Positions 35,740 through 49,900 of a stretch of DNA of 64,000 bases are shown piece by piece. This DNA comes from Azolla caroliniana. Taxonomy: Eukaryota > Plantae > Polypodiophyta. The translations under genes and the position numbers were made by a program. The notes below the pieces were generated by a model, which did not search any database, was not told the origin of the DNA, and worked only from the letters and a program-made list of their open reading frames with translations. Position 1 is the stretch's first letter; each line of letters starts with the position of its first letter. The stretch spans positions 36,133 through 100,132 of the forward strand of contig JBHGNT010000083.1 of NCBI GenBank assembly GCA_043228905.1. Direction: 5' to 3'.

Positions 35740-38579
35740 AAATTCCCTTTTTTGAAACATGCACCAATAATATAAGTGATATATTGCTTTTTCCTACAAA
35801 ATTATTTCATTGTAATCTCTTGAATTGCCATAAATTAAAGGCGACAATGAATAATAATGATAGCGGAGAATTAAAAGCCTCAACATTATTGCATGAACAA
35901 ATGTGTGATATTGTTATCATTTTGTTGTTCGTACATAATAGAGTGTTGTATGGCCTAATTGCAACTTATCCATAAAAACCCATTTGTTACTTATCCCTGT
36001 TGGAATCATTTGTAGTTTATCCATCAAGATCATTTTGTAACTTATTGTTGGAGATCATTTTGTACTAGTCTCATAAAAATAAAAAACAAATCATTTTGTT
36101 GGTGATCTTGTTTTAGATGTCATAGTCTTGGTCCCTAGCAACAATAGAATAAAAGGCTTCACAAGTAATCTACATATACTAGTGTTACCGATGGTAATGT
36201 CGAAATCTTGTTTTTTGGAATGTAAAGTTTAATAATCAAGCTATACAAACAATGTATTCCTCTTCCCCAATCTTTATTTGAGACGTGTCTCATAATATTT
36301 GAAAATGTGTGCAATGCTATGCAAATATAAATCACTTTTTATGAAATGAAAAAGGATTCCGAATTCTGATTATTTGTAGGTAAGATATAGTGACGCAAGT
36401 ACCCCATGCTCGTATATGTGGGCAATAGTGTTGAGAAAGAGAGTCATTGTCGACTAAAATGAATTTGAGCTCTTGAAACAATAAGAAATCATTGATTGCC
36501 ATTCTTTAAAAAATACTCTTTTTTTTAAAACATGTTTCTACTCATGATACAAAGTGATTGGCTATAAAATGGGGTCAATCATTTGTATATATACACATGG
36601 TCAGCTGATGGGCGTTCTTGTTCAAATAGAAGTCATATAATTGTTTAATGCTCAAGCCAATTGCATACCATTCTTCTATATGTCACGTCTATCTTTCCCT
36701 ATCGAGATGTGCACGCATTAAGTCTACCATGCAAATTTGTGTTATGGGTATTGTGTCTCTAACACGGCATATGCATTTATGTTTCTATGGAAGATGAATG
36801 CTTTTGACATACAACATATGAAAATGTTAATCCAACACTCACAGTGCTTTATCACGTGCATTGTTTTATATCATTGTGATGCATATTTAATTGAGGTTTA
36901 AGTACTTGTGCACTTTTATAGCTCCGATATGGTTTAAAAGATTTTGAGCATTTACCATATAATACTTCTCGAACTCTAGAAAAATATTAAGTCAAAATCT
37001 ATCATAGTGAGGTTTAATAAGACTTGTCTTCTAGACTTTGCATGCAATCCCTACCAAACTAGTGGCCTAAAACCACGAGTTTCGAAAAACATAAATGCAT
37101 GATTCTCCGAGTATGTGAAGTTGTTTCTATGAATGAATCAACACTTCCACAACGGTTACGCTTTGGTTTCATTGTGAAAAAATAATTATGCAATGTGGTG
37201 GACCTCAACGAAAGCAACAAACCAATTGTGCTTCAATTAACTCGCCCTTATCGTTAATAATAACCAAATTGGAAGTGGCTTGATATAGAGTTGTATAGTC
37301 ATTACAACTGAAAACTATTACTCACAAAAAAGGCAAATATGAATGACAATAGCTAAAATGTAGACTTTATGAACATGTCGAGCATAAAATACTAGCTTTG
37401 TTCATTCACTCGTTTGATCAATGATAAAGTATTGAAATTCCAATCACAATCATAAACTATACATGAATAGAAAGAATATTCAAAGGAATGCACATTCTGG
37501 GGTGGATGGAGTAGGTTCAAGAGTAAAACTCTTGGATTGATGTCTTTATAAAGTTAATATTCGAAGGAGTGATTCAAATAGCCACCCAACTAAAAGTAAA
37601 CAACAAGCCAATATACCAAGCAACCCATAGATCGACAACACCCAAGTTATAAGATACTAGCATTATATATGTTTATTCTATTGTGATGAACTTTCCTCAT
37701 TTGTCTTGCACATAGAGTATGTTGGTGCACATTCTTTTACAAGTTGTGACGCATCAACAAGGATTTCCTCCTCATCTCTTCCTATGTCCATTCAAAACAA
37801 CTTGTTTTCAATCTCAACAAATTAAACAAAAAATCACAATGTTATTGTGCCATATCATTGTGGATACATGTCTAGGTCTCAACAAGCTGAACAAAGAAGT
37901 CTACCAGCACGTAATAATTGAGACCGACAACACTTTGCCACATCAACACACATTCCTTTGGAAGCACTTCAAATCTAATATGCGAGTATGGTGGCCATAT
38001 GATTTATGTGAGGCATCACCATGATCTTCGTCAGACACTCAAGTTAGAAACATAGCCCAAATGTATATATGTGCACTGAGTACATTTGTCATGAGCAAAC
38101 TAATATTCATGGGACGTCAACATGGATTTCCATGAAGCAATGGATCCAAACCTAACCTTTGGATGTTATTAGTATAATGCTAGATAGAGTACACAAATCT
38201 ATGAGCCCTTTTCTCAAACTACAAAATGCAAGACCCATGTGGTGCCTAGCACCACTAGTATGGTTGTTTCCACCAACAATTACGTAACTAGGTTATTGAG
38301 TGGTGGAGTGTTGATACTATCTATCCTTTAGGGATGGGGACCCATGGAAGAGTGCAACATATCAAGGGAGACTTGACGGTGGGTCAACATTCTTGTAACA
38401 ACTCTTTATAACTAATGAAAGGATAAAAAATATATAAAAAATCTACGAACAACTCCCTATGTATGCATGGAACTACGAGGGGGTTGGGGTCAAGAACATG
38501 AAGATTGGACTTGTGGGGCTGACACGATGACAAACACTAGTAACATACGGCGAGAGATGCAAGGGGATGGTCCGTATTT

Positions 38580-38722
38580 ATTATACATATGTACATAACA
38601 TATATATGTGCATACATATATACATATATCACATGCATACACCACATACATATACCATATACATACACATATATCATATATCATATACATATGCATATAT
38701 CATATACCATATACATATATAT

Positions 38723-38753
<31 letters not shown>

Positions 38754-38772
38754 CTGATACATATACATGTAC

Positions 38773-38863
<91 letters not shown>

Positions 38864-38940
38864 TACATTGATATACATATACATATACACATACATATAC
38901 ATATATGTGTGTTAGGGAGGGCACACACGTAGTAGTGGGT

Positions 38941-38968
<28 letters not shown>
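38580..38968. repeat. Compound microsatellite (ATAC/ACATAC/AT)n followed by (AG)n
   Basis: Read directly; source of several low-complexity ORFs. Confidence 0.95.
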
Positions 38969-38972
<4 letters not shown>

Positions 38973-40566
38973 GGCAGGGGATGTCGTCACAGTTGGTAAT
39001 TGGGTTTTACTCAAAATTGAAGAAGAGATCGATCCTTTGGATGAAAGAAACAGTAGCGATGTCGCACAGCTCTCTCTGTCTCTCGGCATCATGAGCTTTT
39101 TGCTGGGTAAGTTCCATTCTCTCTGCCTGTCTGTTTATTAATACTAGTCTTTTTTTTCGGTTTAATTCAGAGCTTATCAAGCTCAGATTGTTGGTTTCTT
39201 CTTGTTCTATTCAAATGAAAAGGATCAAATCCACCCCCCCCCCCCCTTCTCCATATATATGTTTTTGTGTTCTGCTCCAAACCCTCAAATTCTTCTCTTT
39301 TATTTTTGCTCACGTCCTTTGGATGATTCTAATGCCAGGTTCCCATTTCTTTTGCAACATGGGTTCTAGGTCTCGTCTCTCAGTTATTCCTTTTTGAAGA
39401 AGAAAAACGTTTGGAATGCCTCATTTGCTTCCAAACCGCAGATGAGGCAACATGCATACTGACTAACAAATGCTTCATGTTCCCTATATCTGGCGTTTGA
39501 ATCATCTTCACAATCATGGTCGTGCCATCATTATAATTATGCTTTGACCATAACAGTGACAAATATTCAATTACCATAATCATCACAAACATGAGGTCAT
39601 TATCATCCCAAACACGACTTCATTATCATCATAAATATGCCATCATCATCATTGTCATAGGCATGTATGAATAACATGGGAATTTGCCATGTTTTCCCGT
39701 GGATTTTCAACATTTGAAGATGCACATCTAGACCCAGTTTGTGATGCATCCACGTCATGTTGTTAAAAATAAACTAGAGGTTTAGATCCTCACCAATCTC
39801 AGATTGTCTTGATGATTAGTTCCATCAGGTAGAATAGTTAATTCAGCATATTCTTTATTTAACCTTGGTATTATGCCAAATAAGTGCAAATGAAGATCTT
39901 GGTTGTGATTTGAAACAAATTTAAAATTTCTAATGTTGGTCCGAAATTCAAATTTACAATATAATTATCATAGTGGGAAGAGTAGTGTGAAAGACTTGCC
40001 AATGCACCTAACCATCGTAATTATGCAAGAGTTTGTTTGCTTGACCTAGTAATTGGAATCAAAATGCTGAAGTTTTAGTACCCAGGCAGCATATTCCGGA
40101 AACTTCTACTCACATGTTTAACAAAGATTGTTTTGAACTAAACATTCGAATGTTGTGCTTGTGTGTATTCTTTGTTAGCATTGCCCTTTTAGTGTATTAT
40201 TTTGAGAAACCTAAGTTTTTTGTAAAGCCTCTTTTAGGATGAAAAACACTGATGCTTTGTTTTTGTAAATATTTAAACATTTACATAAAATTATTATTTT
40301 ATTTAATGTAATTTACTACTAACTTTACTATTGTTTTCACCTCTTATCTGATATGTTAATTCATTAATTCATCGAGTCATTCACAAATAAGAGACCGGGG
40401 AACATCATGATGTACAATATGTGTGATGTCTTGTTTGGAATATCGTTGTGTTAAAGTTGAATAATGTTTAAGATTTTGTTATCTTTTGCAGGTTGGGTAC
40501 ATTGAAGAATGAGAGCATTGAACCCCCTCGCTGAGGCGGAGACAGCAGACCCATTCCAATAAAAGT

Positions 40567-42401
40567 ATGCTTGGAACTGTGTGCTTTCGGCTTTGTTCTT
40601 CTCGCAAAAGCTCTCAACAATCCACAAGACAATCTTTATTACAAGCTTCAGGATCGAGTTTTCATGCTTATTCAAGACAAATTGCATCGCGTTCCTATGC
40701 AGCCTCCCCGAGTGTTTCTCGGACTCTAAGTTGGGTATGCCAACATGATGCTAGTGTCCATAAAAAATCATGTTTTCACACTAGCATATGTGTTGAAGAA
40801 GGCTCGGAAGTGAATTGTGCCACAATATGGCATGAATTGCTGCCATCTCATCATCCTTCAATCCTTGATCAAAACACATTTTCCATTTTGAAAAGAAGCT
40901 TTGAAGCTCACCATTTGGGCTTCCTTCCTTGGAATCGGTCAATCCTCCCTTGCAAGGATCAAGGTTTGTTTGGATATAATGTGTTGTTTGACCTTTTGGA
41001 ATGCCTCCTCAATTGACCTTTTAGAGCATGTTGTCATTTGACCACCTGAATATCTCAAATGTCTTGTGATTTGATTTTTTCACACTTGTGTGTAGGGCTC
41101 GGAAGATTGGCTATGGCTGCAAGCTTGCTAGATGGATCATGGAATGCGGCATGGGATGCGAGGCCTGCTCGTTGGCTTCAGGGGAGACATTCTGTGTGGT
41201 TACTATTTGGTGTTCGCAAATGTTTCCCGGTGGGATCGGCTCCTAGTGTACGTCCAAAAGCTCTTGGCCATCATCATATAGGTGGAATCATCACCGATTC
41301 AATAGCTCACGTCCAAAGTGGGTTGGATTTGCTCGATCCTGAAGCACTGAAATCTTTACATGGAAAACATGTTTATACAAATTATTCAGTCACAGGCAAG
41401 ATTTGTCATTGCATCTTTTAAACATTTCACAATAAACTTAGTGTACTTGATTTTAGAAACTATGATTGTCATATGTTTTATATAGTCTCATGGACTTACT
41501 AGACTTTATTGTATAATTTAATTTTCTTCAATTAGGAATACCTAGCGATGGTCGGTGTCTTTTCCGAGCCATCTCACACGCTGCTTGTTTACGAAATGCT
41601 GAACCTGCTCCAAGTGAAAGCTTGCAACAAGAACTAGCTGATGATCTTCGATTAAAGGTTTCATCTTTCACATTATCCTTTTTCTTCTACTCCTAATTTT
41701 GGAGTTCATCTGAGTCTACTAACGTAGTTTGAGAACCCTAGTTTGAAAAGCTATTGTAAAGCTCATATTTCAGGATGCAATAGATAGCTGGAGCTTATCA
41801 GTATTATTATTATAAAAAATAGCTGGACCCGTTTTGTTAAAACTACTGAGAAATAACTTGAATCTTTTAATTGTGAATATTTTGCTTTATAAAAAAGAAA
41901 TAAATCTAAAAACATAATTGAATGTTTTTAGGTCGTGAATGAGCTCATCAATCGACGAAGTGAATCGGAATGGTATGCACTACTTTTAAAACTCTACTTG
42001 CTAAAGATCCATTTATTTGTGAACTAAGTACAAGATTGAAAAATAACCCTTCTTTTGCACAGGTATATTGAAGAAGACTTTGATAATTATGTTAACCGAA
42101 TGCGTGAGCCATATGTATGGGGTGGAGAACCGGAGCTCTTAATGGCATCACATGTCCTTAAGTGAGTAGCTAGTAAATGTTTTCTCTGTCTCTTTCTTAA
42201 TAAAAAGAATCATATTGATTGATATTTGGGTGTCTTGAGATGTGTAGGGTGCCAATAACGGTACTCTTCTATGATCAAACGTCAAAGGGGCTTATCTCAA
42301 TAGCTGATTATGGTTCAGAGTATGGGAGTGATAATCCTGTTAGAATTTTATATCATGGATTTGGGCATTATGATGCTGTTCAAATTCCAAGTGATAGTTG
42401 A
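40567..42401 (+). CDS. OTU4: OTU-domain deubiquitinase, OTU4/At3g57810-like; exons 40567-40963, 41096-41395, 41536-41657, 41932-41972, 42063-42161, 42248-42401 (plus a probable 5' exon ending at 39106)
   Basis: Cys box YSVTG|IPSDGRCLFRAI; ELADDLR; EWYIEEDFD.YV; WGGEPELLMASHVL; His box ILYHGFGHYDA; N-terminal GSWNAAWDARPARWL..WLLFGV. Phases are consistent, with one GC-AG intron at 41396. Confidence 0.93.
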
Positions 42402-43841
42402 TCCTTGATCTCACTCTTATTTCTTGAGTGAAAATTTTGACGAGTTGAAGGTATTCACTCTTATTACCGAGTTTGGTATTCGACATCTGATAAGTGCAAT
42501 AGTATAGGACAATAATGTTTGGTTATACAACTGGGCGTGGAAGAGGTCATTCTCTCCTTGTTTGTGGTATGGTGATACTTGTTCTTGTTACAATGTTATC
42601 TTGGGTGATCAATGTGTCAAAACCCTTGATATATTTAAGGTTCTTGCAAGGACTTTTTGTTGTAATAAAAATCCATAGCCTCACAGGTAGCCTGCGGTAG
42701 AGTTCTTGATACAAAAATTGGTCTTATTTATGTTGGGTTGAAATATTGTCTTTCATTATTCTGTTGGCAAGGTGATCCTTATCATGGACTTCCGACTCAT
42801 AAGAAAAAAGAATGTAATTGCAGATGCGTGTTTCTACTTGGTATTGATGTACAATCTTACATTTTGCGTACATAAATTTGGCTCAACATGAGTCTATCCT
42901 TTGTTTAGATCATCAAATTCTTCTTGTTTTAATTTCAAATTAAATATATTCATCATAAATGGCAGAAAAGGAATTGTTAAGCAAGAAAACTTCAAAGAGA
43001 AAAATCATTTTATAGAGACATGAAAATGTTTCATTAACAATCACATGGTCGCACACTCAGAAAGTCAGTAACACCAATTATAATGAAGTCCAAGCAATGA
43101 GATTAGGCATTGTTATGCGGGTGAAGCAAATGAGGGACCTAGGTTGGTGAGTAGTTGATAATGCTATGTAGATGAGAGAGTAATGTAATTAGACATGATT
43201 GTACAAACTCTATTTTTTGAATCCAGAGAGACCGTCCTCCTTGTCTCTATTATGACTTGACAAGCTTCAAACTATGGGTAGATGCTATGTAGATGCATCC
43301 GACAAGTTGGGTTGAGACCATCCTCCTTGTTTCTATTATGATCCTACAAACTCTATTTTTTGAAACCAGGAGAGACCATCCTCCTTGAAGTGAATTATAA
43401 ATGTCTCATGTTGCAAGAAAGAACAACGATCATTTGGTGATCTGATCTCTTACAAATTTCACGCGCTTGTAGCAGCACTAACAAGGCAATTAACTCACTT
43501 CTTATAGAGCATTTAGCTTAGATTATGGCAGATTTTGAGCCAGCAGGTAGTATGCTCAGCTTGAGTGAGGCATGGAGTGATCGATCGATCGCAACGTCTA
43601 TTATTTCGCTAACTATGACAGATTTAGGATGATCTATGCCAAAACGTATCAACATGGAGTGGGCACTTGTGGTCAAAATAGATTGAGCTAGTTATGGTCA
43701 AAATAGGTGGAGCTACATACTGAGTTGTGGGCCCCACGAAATGTACTAGCAAATTCTGCTGGGCTATTTTGGTAATTTGGTGAAACCTCAGGATATGGTC
43801 ACAGAGGTGAGAACAGAGCAGAGCAGAAGGGGGAGGAGGGG

Positions 43842-43845
<4 letters not shown>

Positions 43846-43910
<65 letters not shown>
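43846..43910. repeat. (GA)n microsatellite immediately before ATG 43911
   Basis: Read directly. Confidence 0.95.
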
Positions 43911-43913
<3 letters not shown>

Positions 43914-46900
43914 GAAGGAGAGGACGAGCTAGACCTCTCAGACGATGGCTTCTGTGTAGGAAGCAAGTTATGCTATGGGAATCCTCATAATGCAGATTAT
44001 GTTCCTCCTCATATCTACCATATCCTGCCTCACCAGGTAAAATCTTCCCCATACCTCTTCCTGTCAGCCAGACATTGAAATTGGCTATACGAGTTAATGA
44101 CGTGCATTATAGAGCTTCATGTAAGGTTTTCCTTAATTCTCTTTTATCTCACATCGGAGCTGCATCTAGCAAAACGTGCAGTAATGTTTTTCCAAGAAGA
44201 TTGGTTTTTCTTCTCGGGAATGTGGTTTTCGTTCTCTTAGAATGCATCCAGAGATTCATTTTTTCTAGTTAAATATGCTTTTGGTATCTTAGAAAGCAAT
44301 AATTGAAAATGCAGTTCCGATAAGAACCATATGATATCGAAATCTAAGATATCATCAGAATATATTTGAAATCTCTACTTCACAAGATAAATCTAAATTT
44401 CTTTTCTTCTTTGCCGTTGCATCTTCCTGGGTAAGATTGAAACTTGTACACTTTCATGTGTGTATTATACTACCTTCATGGAAGGTTCAAATAAAGATAT
44501 TTGATTTAACATAACAATTAAAGCAAAATACGAAGCAAAATTTGAAGAAAATAGAACACAGGCTTTTGAAACAAGATAAGGTGCAATTTTCTATGACCGG
44601 AGATGATTGACATGACACGGCACGACTCCTCTTAAAGCATCATAATTTGATGTTCTTTTGAAATCTGAGAAACACCATAAGATGCAGTTTCTATAACTAA
44701 AATTTATATTTGAATTTTACAAACATCTAATTTTGCGGTTTATATAACCAAATGTGATTTTGAAATCATAGAAAGCATAAGAAGATGTAGTTTGTAGAAG
44801 ATCATGTTTAAATTTTCTTTCTGTTTTATCAGCAGACTCATAAATGGGAGGTAGGAGCTAGCCTAGGGCTTGGTGCCGTGACTCAGATGAAGATTAAACG
44901 AACTTTTGTTCTGCCTCACTTTCTTGGTCTAGGTAATAATTTTGAGAATGACATAATTCAAGAATTCTATATGTGGTTTATTAGTGCAATTTCCTCTTGC
45001 AATATTCATCTGCATTCTGTTGTGAGATCCAGAATTTCTTTATGCATTAGCAATCGGCTTGTATATCCTCTATCAAGTCTTTGAGTTTGTGCAATGCAAA
45101 TTGTGTTCTTGTGGTTCTTAAATCTGTGTGTGTTGAGAGAGGGATGATGTTTTCTCTTGTTTGTGTGAGCCTGAGTGGCGCTTTAGGTAATCATTCAAGA
45201 TTTCTTTATTGTATAATTTCCACTCATCCTTTCCTCATTTATTTTTATCAAAATATAAAATTTGAAATACAACAACTTTCACTGAGTGTTGTTGGATGTC
45301 CAATAGGGGATAATGGAAGATGGCGCTGGCAGTGTGTACCTCTTTGCTCATCACTAGGACTGAAGATTGAACCAAAAACTAGGAAAGATTGCTTTCTAAA
45401 TCTACATCTTATTCCACATTTCCACTTGAAATCGTTGACACCAATTTTTGGGAAACTAGGTGAGATTCTTTAAATGTTTGCTTTCTCTAAATGTTCTTAG
45501 GGTTCTTTATTCAGCCTTTCCTATTGAGCTAAAACAGTTGGGGTCAATATACCTCTGGCATGTATATTTATTGAATTGTTTTGGATCTAGAAGAGTCTCT
45601 GTTCACCCTTCTTTCCAGAGACCCCAGAATAGATTCAGTGATTCCCATTTCTAATCCATTCTGGGAAATATTTGATTTTTAGTAACAAATCTTGTCATGT
45701 TCTCAATTGGCATGATCTTGATTGTTAATTCCTCTACTGTCTCGATTTAGGTGCCATTGATAGGAAACCAGGCAATGAACAGATTTAATCAGTGGGAATC
45801 TTGTTTCGACCTTTTGGCTGTACTATTATCTTCTGTTACTAATAATCTTAAACACTGTGTACCATTTATTTGTTCATAAAACTTTGTCTTCTCCATGAAT
45901 GATCAAAGTTCATATGTTAGTATAAAAGATATAAGCTGGGTGGCTACTGGACAGGTGTAATTCCATGTAGAGTGTAACTAGACGATCATCCTCAATGAAG
46001 AAAATTCCATACAGGTACAAATCTATGTATTAGCTGACTGAAAGAGGATGGTTTGCAGCATTACAACCTTCAGTAGAGGTTTCAGAAGTTTATAAAGCAA
46101 AGCTTCAAAAGGATTTTATATTTGGCAAGGGGAAGCTTGTAGTTGGTGCTAGCATAGAGGTAGGATATTCTTGTTGAAAATTCTTTAAAATATTAAAAAT
46201 TTCTTACCATCTAGAATATGCTTTGCCTTCTCTCACAAGGATCCTAAGTTTCACTTTATATTTGTATTTTCAACTATTACCATTATTCTTCTTCGTTTTA
46301 TCATCTCCTTAGGACTTCTTTATACATCAGGCACCACATTTACACACGGTCCTCTACCATTTCAAGTGGAGGATGGTCAACGATTATTACCTCTTATAGG
46401 CCACAAAATGCACCGACACCCCACACTGAAAGCAATTTCCTGTAAAAATACCCCATTTAAGCTGACTGATGTATGGAATGCATCCTTGGAGAACTTATCT
46501 GCAATCAAGTAGACCATTTTCTTTAAGTATTCCAAAGAATAAACTTTGGGTATCTCTTTAGGGCATTTTGATATGGAAGCATGAAAACCCTCCCCAACTT
46601 CAACATTGTTGACTGCAATAGCAGCCACCTAATTGAGTGGTGACATTCTACTTCCATCCACATAAGACATTCTCTCTTAATGATTTCACTATACTCCGCC
46701 AAAGGCTTCACTATTACCATGATTCTTCTTAGTTTTATCATGTGCATGGTGCTGTGAACAACTCAGCTGAAAGATTTCACTTTCATAACTGCAGGTAGGA
46801 AGGTCTCATGAAAAATTATTGGAGAGAACACGTGGGGTCATCAAATTGGATTGGTATCCATCTGAAAACTCAAGAAGTATATTTTTGTTTCTCCTATAGC

Positions 46901-49900
46901 TCATATTAGAAATTTAAAAGAAATCAATTAAAAGACAAACTGATCATTTGTTTTCTGTGGTCCAAAATATCAGTACAGAGCAAAATAGGAAATGATGCAT
47001 TGAGCATGCAGTACATGAGGAACTTCAATTTGACACAAAATTGTAAATTTGTGAGTTTTACTCCTGATTAAAATCAACCAAACATATATGATATTCTCCA
47101 TAACTTTGAATTATTGTTGAGTGAATATGAATGATTCTGCATCAAGACTACTGAGAGTCATATTTATTCTCATTGAGAATAATGGAGGCAGGCATTTGAG
47201 GGTTCCTAGTTATAATACCGATTTGAACAATTATTCAGTGTATATTGGATATATTTGATTGTTTGAACTAGGATTATGTATAGCTAATTGAGACCAGGGT
47301 TCACAATGGGCAGATGGAAGTGCGGTGGGAACTCATTCACTACAGAAAACACCGGGCAATAACTTGAGCTTCCGAAGGATTGCTGGTGGACTTAAAAACA
47401 TTTAGACAGACCTTTCATAAAATTTCACCACCTGGTACTCAAAGTACATCTCATCTAATCAGAATGTAGGCTTTTTCCACATTATCACTTTGGATTCCAC
47501 TCCATATGAATGAATATAAGCCTTTAACATTGTTGACCTTTGTGCTGATTGTGAACCTGAAATGTTTTCAGAAACGCCTTGCAGTGTATGGGCAGAAGAC
47601 AGTATACCAAGTTAGAGCCTGAAGAAACAGGCTTTTATAGGTCTACATTTATATTCTTTACGAAGCACATCATGAGGTCTAATAATGAAATAGAAAGCAA
47701 TGAAATGTAGGGATCCAAGTTTAGAATTAGAGCCTATAAGTTCTACTTTACTTTTTGGGTTAATTATCTACAGTGTGGTATAAAGTCAGTCTTGCAGTGG
47801 TGTCTTAGCACATTGCGGACTGTAAAAGGCAGTGTCAGGTTTATGAAAAGATTTTGTACTCATAATTATTTTACATTCTATTTAACATCATAATTTTAAA
47901 CCATTGGGTTCTTACCTCTAGCTCTCTCTCATCTCTCTGTTCTGTTGTCTACCATGGATTTATTTGGTGTCATGTCCAATCAGTGTTGCCTTTTTTCCCT
48001 TTCACTACATGGGACACTTTTGTTCAGTGGAATTATTCATATGGAATTGGTCTTTTTGATACGTCTATGAGATTATGTTGATGGGTATGGGTCAAATGCA
48101 AAATGGTAGTTGTATGACACATAAGGTTTTCATGCATTAGAAATATTGAAGTAGTGTGCTTTTGCTAAAAAGTTGAGCGTATCTTCTCTCTTAACTGTAT
48201 ACTATTTTTTTGTGTGCGTTTGTTGAACAATGTTGTCGAAGTTTCTTAGTTCTTGGTGTCTATAGGTAAAATTTTTAGATTATAATATTACTTGGGCTAA
48301 TGAGTGTATATTTTGTAGGAAATTTCTGCCTTGACACATGCATTACCTTTACTTCCACATCCTCAAATACAAAGACATTTAGGAGGATTGGAAAATTTCA
48401 AAGTGAGACTAACTCAAAGTATTGGTATGATGGTCAGTTCATGCTTCTTATCTTGTTTATGCATTATATTATATTATATTCTACGAAAATAGTCTATAGT
48501 GTCACAGTCTGTATATGATTTATTTTAATCTTTGTAATTGTCTAGGTTTCAAAAGAAGAGCCTTTACCAACCTCTCTATATTTGGACGCATTGAAAGACT
48601 TTGGGAAGTGTAAGACAATCTCTATAGTTCCTGGGCACTGGATTGATCCTGGGATGGAGCTGGGTGCCCCTGGAGAACGTGATTTTAACTTAGAGGTAAG
48701 TCTAATAATTAGTCAAATAGGCAATTCTTTTGTTATCCTATTGATTTCCTTGGAAAGCAGGTTGCCAACATTACAGAGAGAAAATTACGTCTAAATTGTT
48801 GGAAAGTGCTGCGACCTGATCGTGATGCCCCAAATCTTCTGTGGGAGGAATATCTGAATTGGGTTTCAAGACAGGTGAAGTTTGATTGGCGTGTATATAT
48901 ACAAAGTTTACTAGGGTAATCCAAAGGTAGTGCATGCATGCATGCATGTGTAAGTGCATTCCGAATGCATGCTGGCAGATTAAAGTATTTTTATGTTGTA
49001 AGCACTAGATTGCAATCTGGATGCTTGCTTCATGAACTGTTCATAGACAGGTGCATTTTAGAGTTTAGAGCTATCTATATTTAGCATATTCATCAGTTGA
49101 CTGCTATTTTTAAAGAAAAGTGTGTTGAAGAGGATGACCTTATTCAGCCATTTTAAGATCAGTCTTTATTCATGTATTGAGCATGTACCACACCCATATG
49201 GGGCCACCTTATGACAGTTAAAAATATCCTCTAGAACAAAAATGCAATGTTATGGCATCAATTTTGGATCTCTTTACAAAATTATTTAGATGAATGTAAA
49301 ATCATGACATTGTTGTAGTATTTTGTAATTTAGAAGGATAAATATATTAAGCTAGTTTATATATCTAAATTCTTACCCCTGCCTCCCATCTTTCTCGTGT
49401 ATTCTTAATAGATGCATATACAAAATATATACACACAAACATTCTGTCTTTTCTACATTGATAGAAGATACACTGGTAATAGATTAAATTTTATGCAAAA
49501 AACTTGTAGAAAGGCATTTCTTGATGTATATTCGTAACTTTATGTTTGTTTTTGTTCTCAGACATGTAAAGGACGACCTGTGTTGGAAATCCATGGCCAG
49601 GTAAGATTTTTGGCTAATGGAGGTTAGAATCTTGCTTCATGGAATCTTATGAAAGATCCCATTTTTTTGCATGAAAATCCCATGAAGATTATATGCCAGC
49701 CTGCATGTCCCAAAAATTAATCTAATTTAATACAAGTGAAGATGTGCACACTGCACACAAACATTATTGAATTTTTATAATGCTAGCCATGATTTTCTTT
49801 GTTGATAAACATTATTATCTATGTTTCTTTTATGATTTTTCACCCATCCTTTGAATTTTGATGTAAGTTGTGATGTCATAACTTTGTAATTCTTTTGCCA

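Larger units (their letters stand above)
20379..36499. repeat. Copy 2 of the tandem segmental duplication, expanded by TE insertions; contains the GAF gene
   Basis: Junction 'gaatcattgattgc|atatgtgcactaataatgat' at 20378/20379 joins the end of copy 1 (same sequence as ~36499) to the start of copy 2 (same sequence as ~15219). Confidence 0.88.

Noticed and set aside
38490-39141. Several overlapping ORFs (YTYT, HTHT, CVCV, MCMC)
   Set aside because: Microsatellite translation artefacts.
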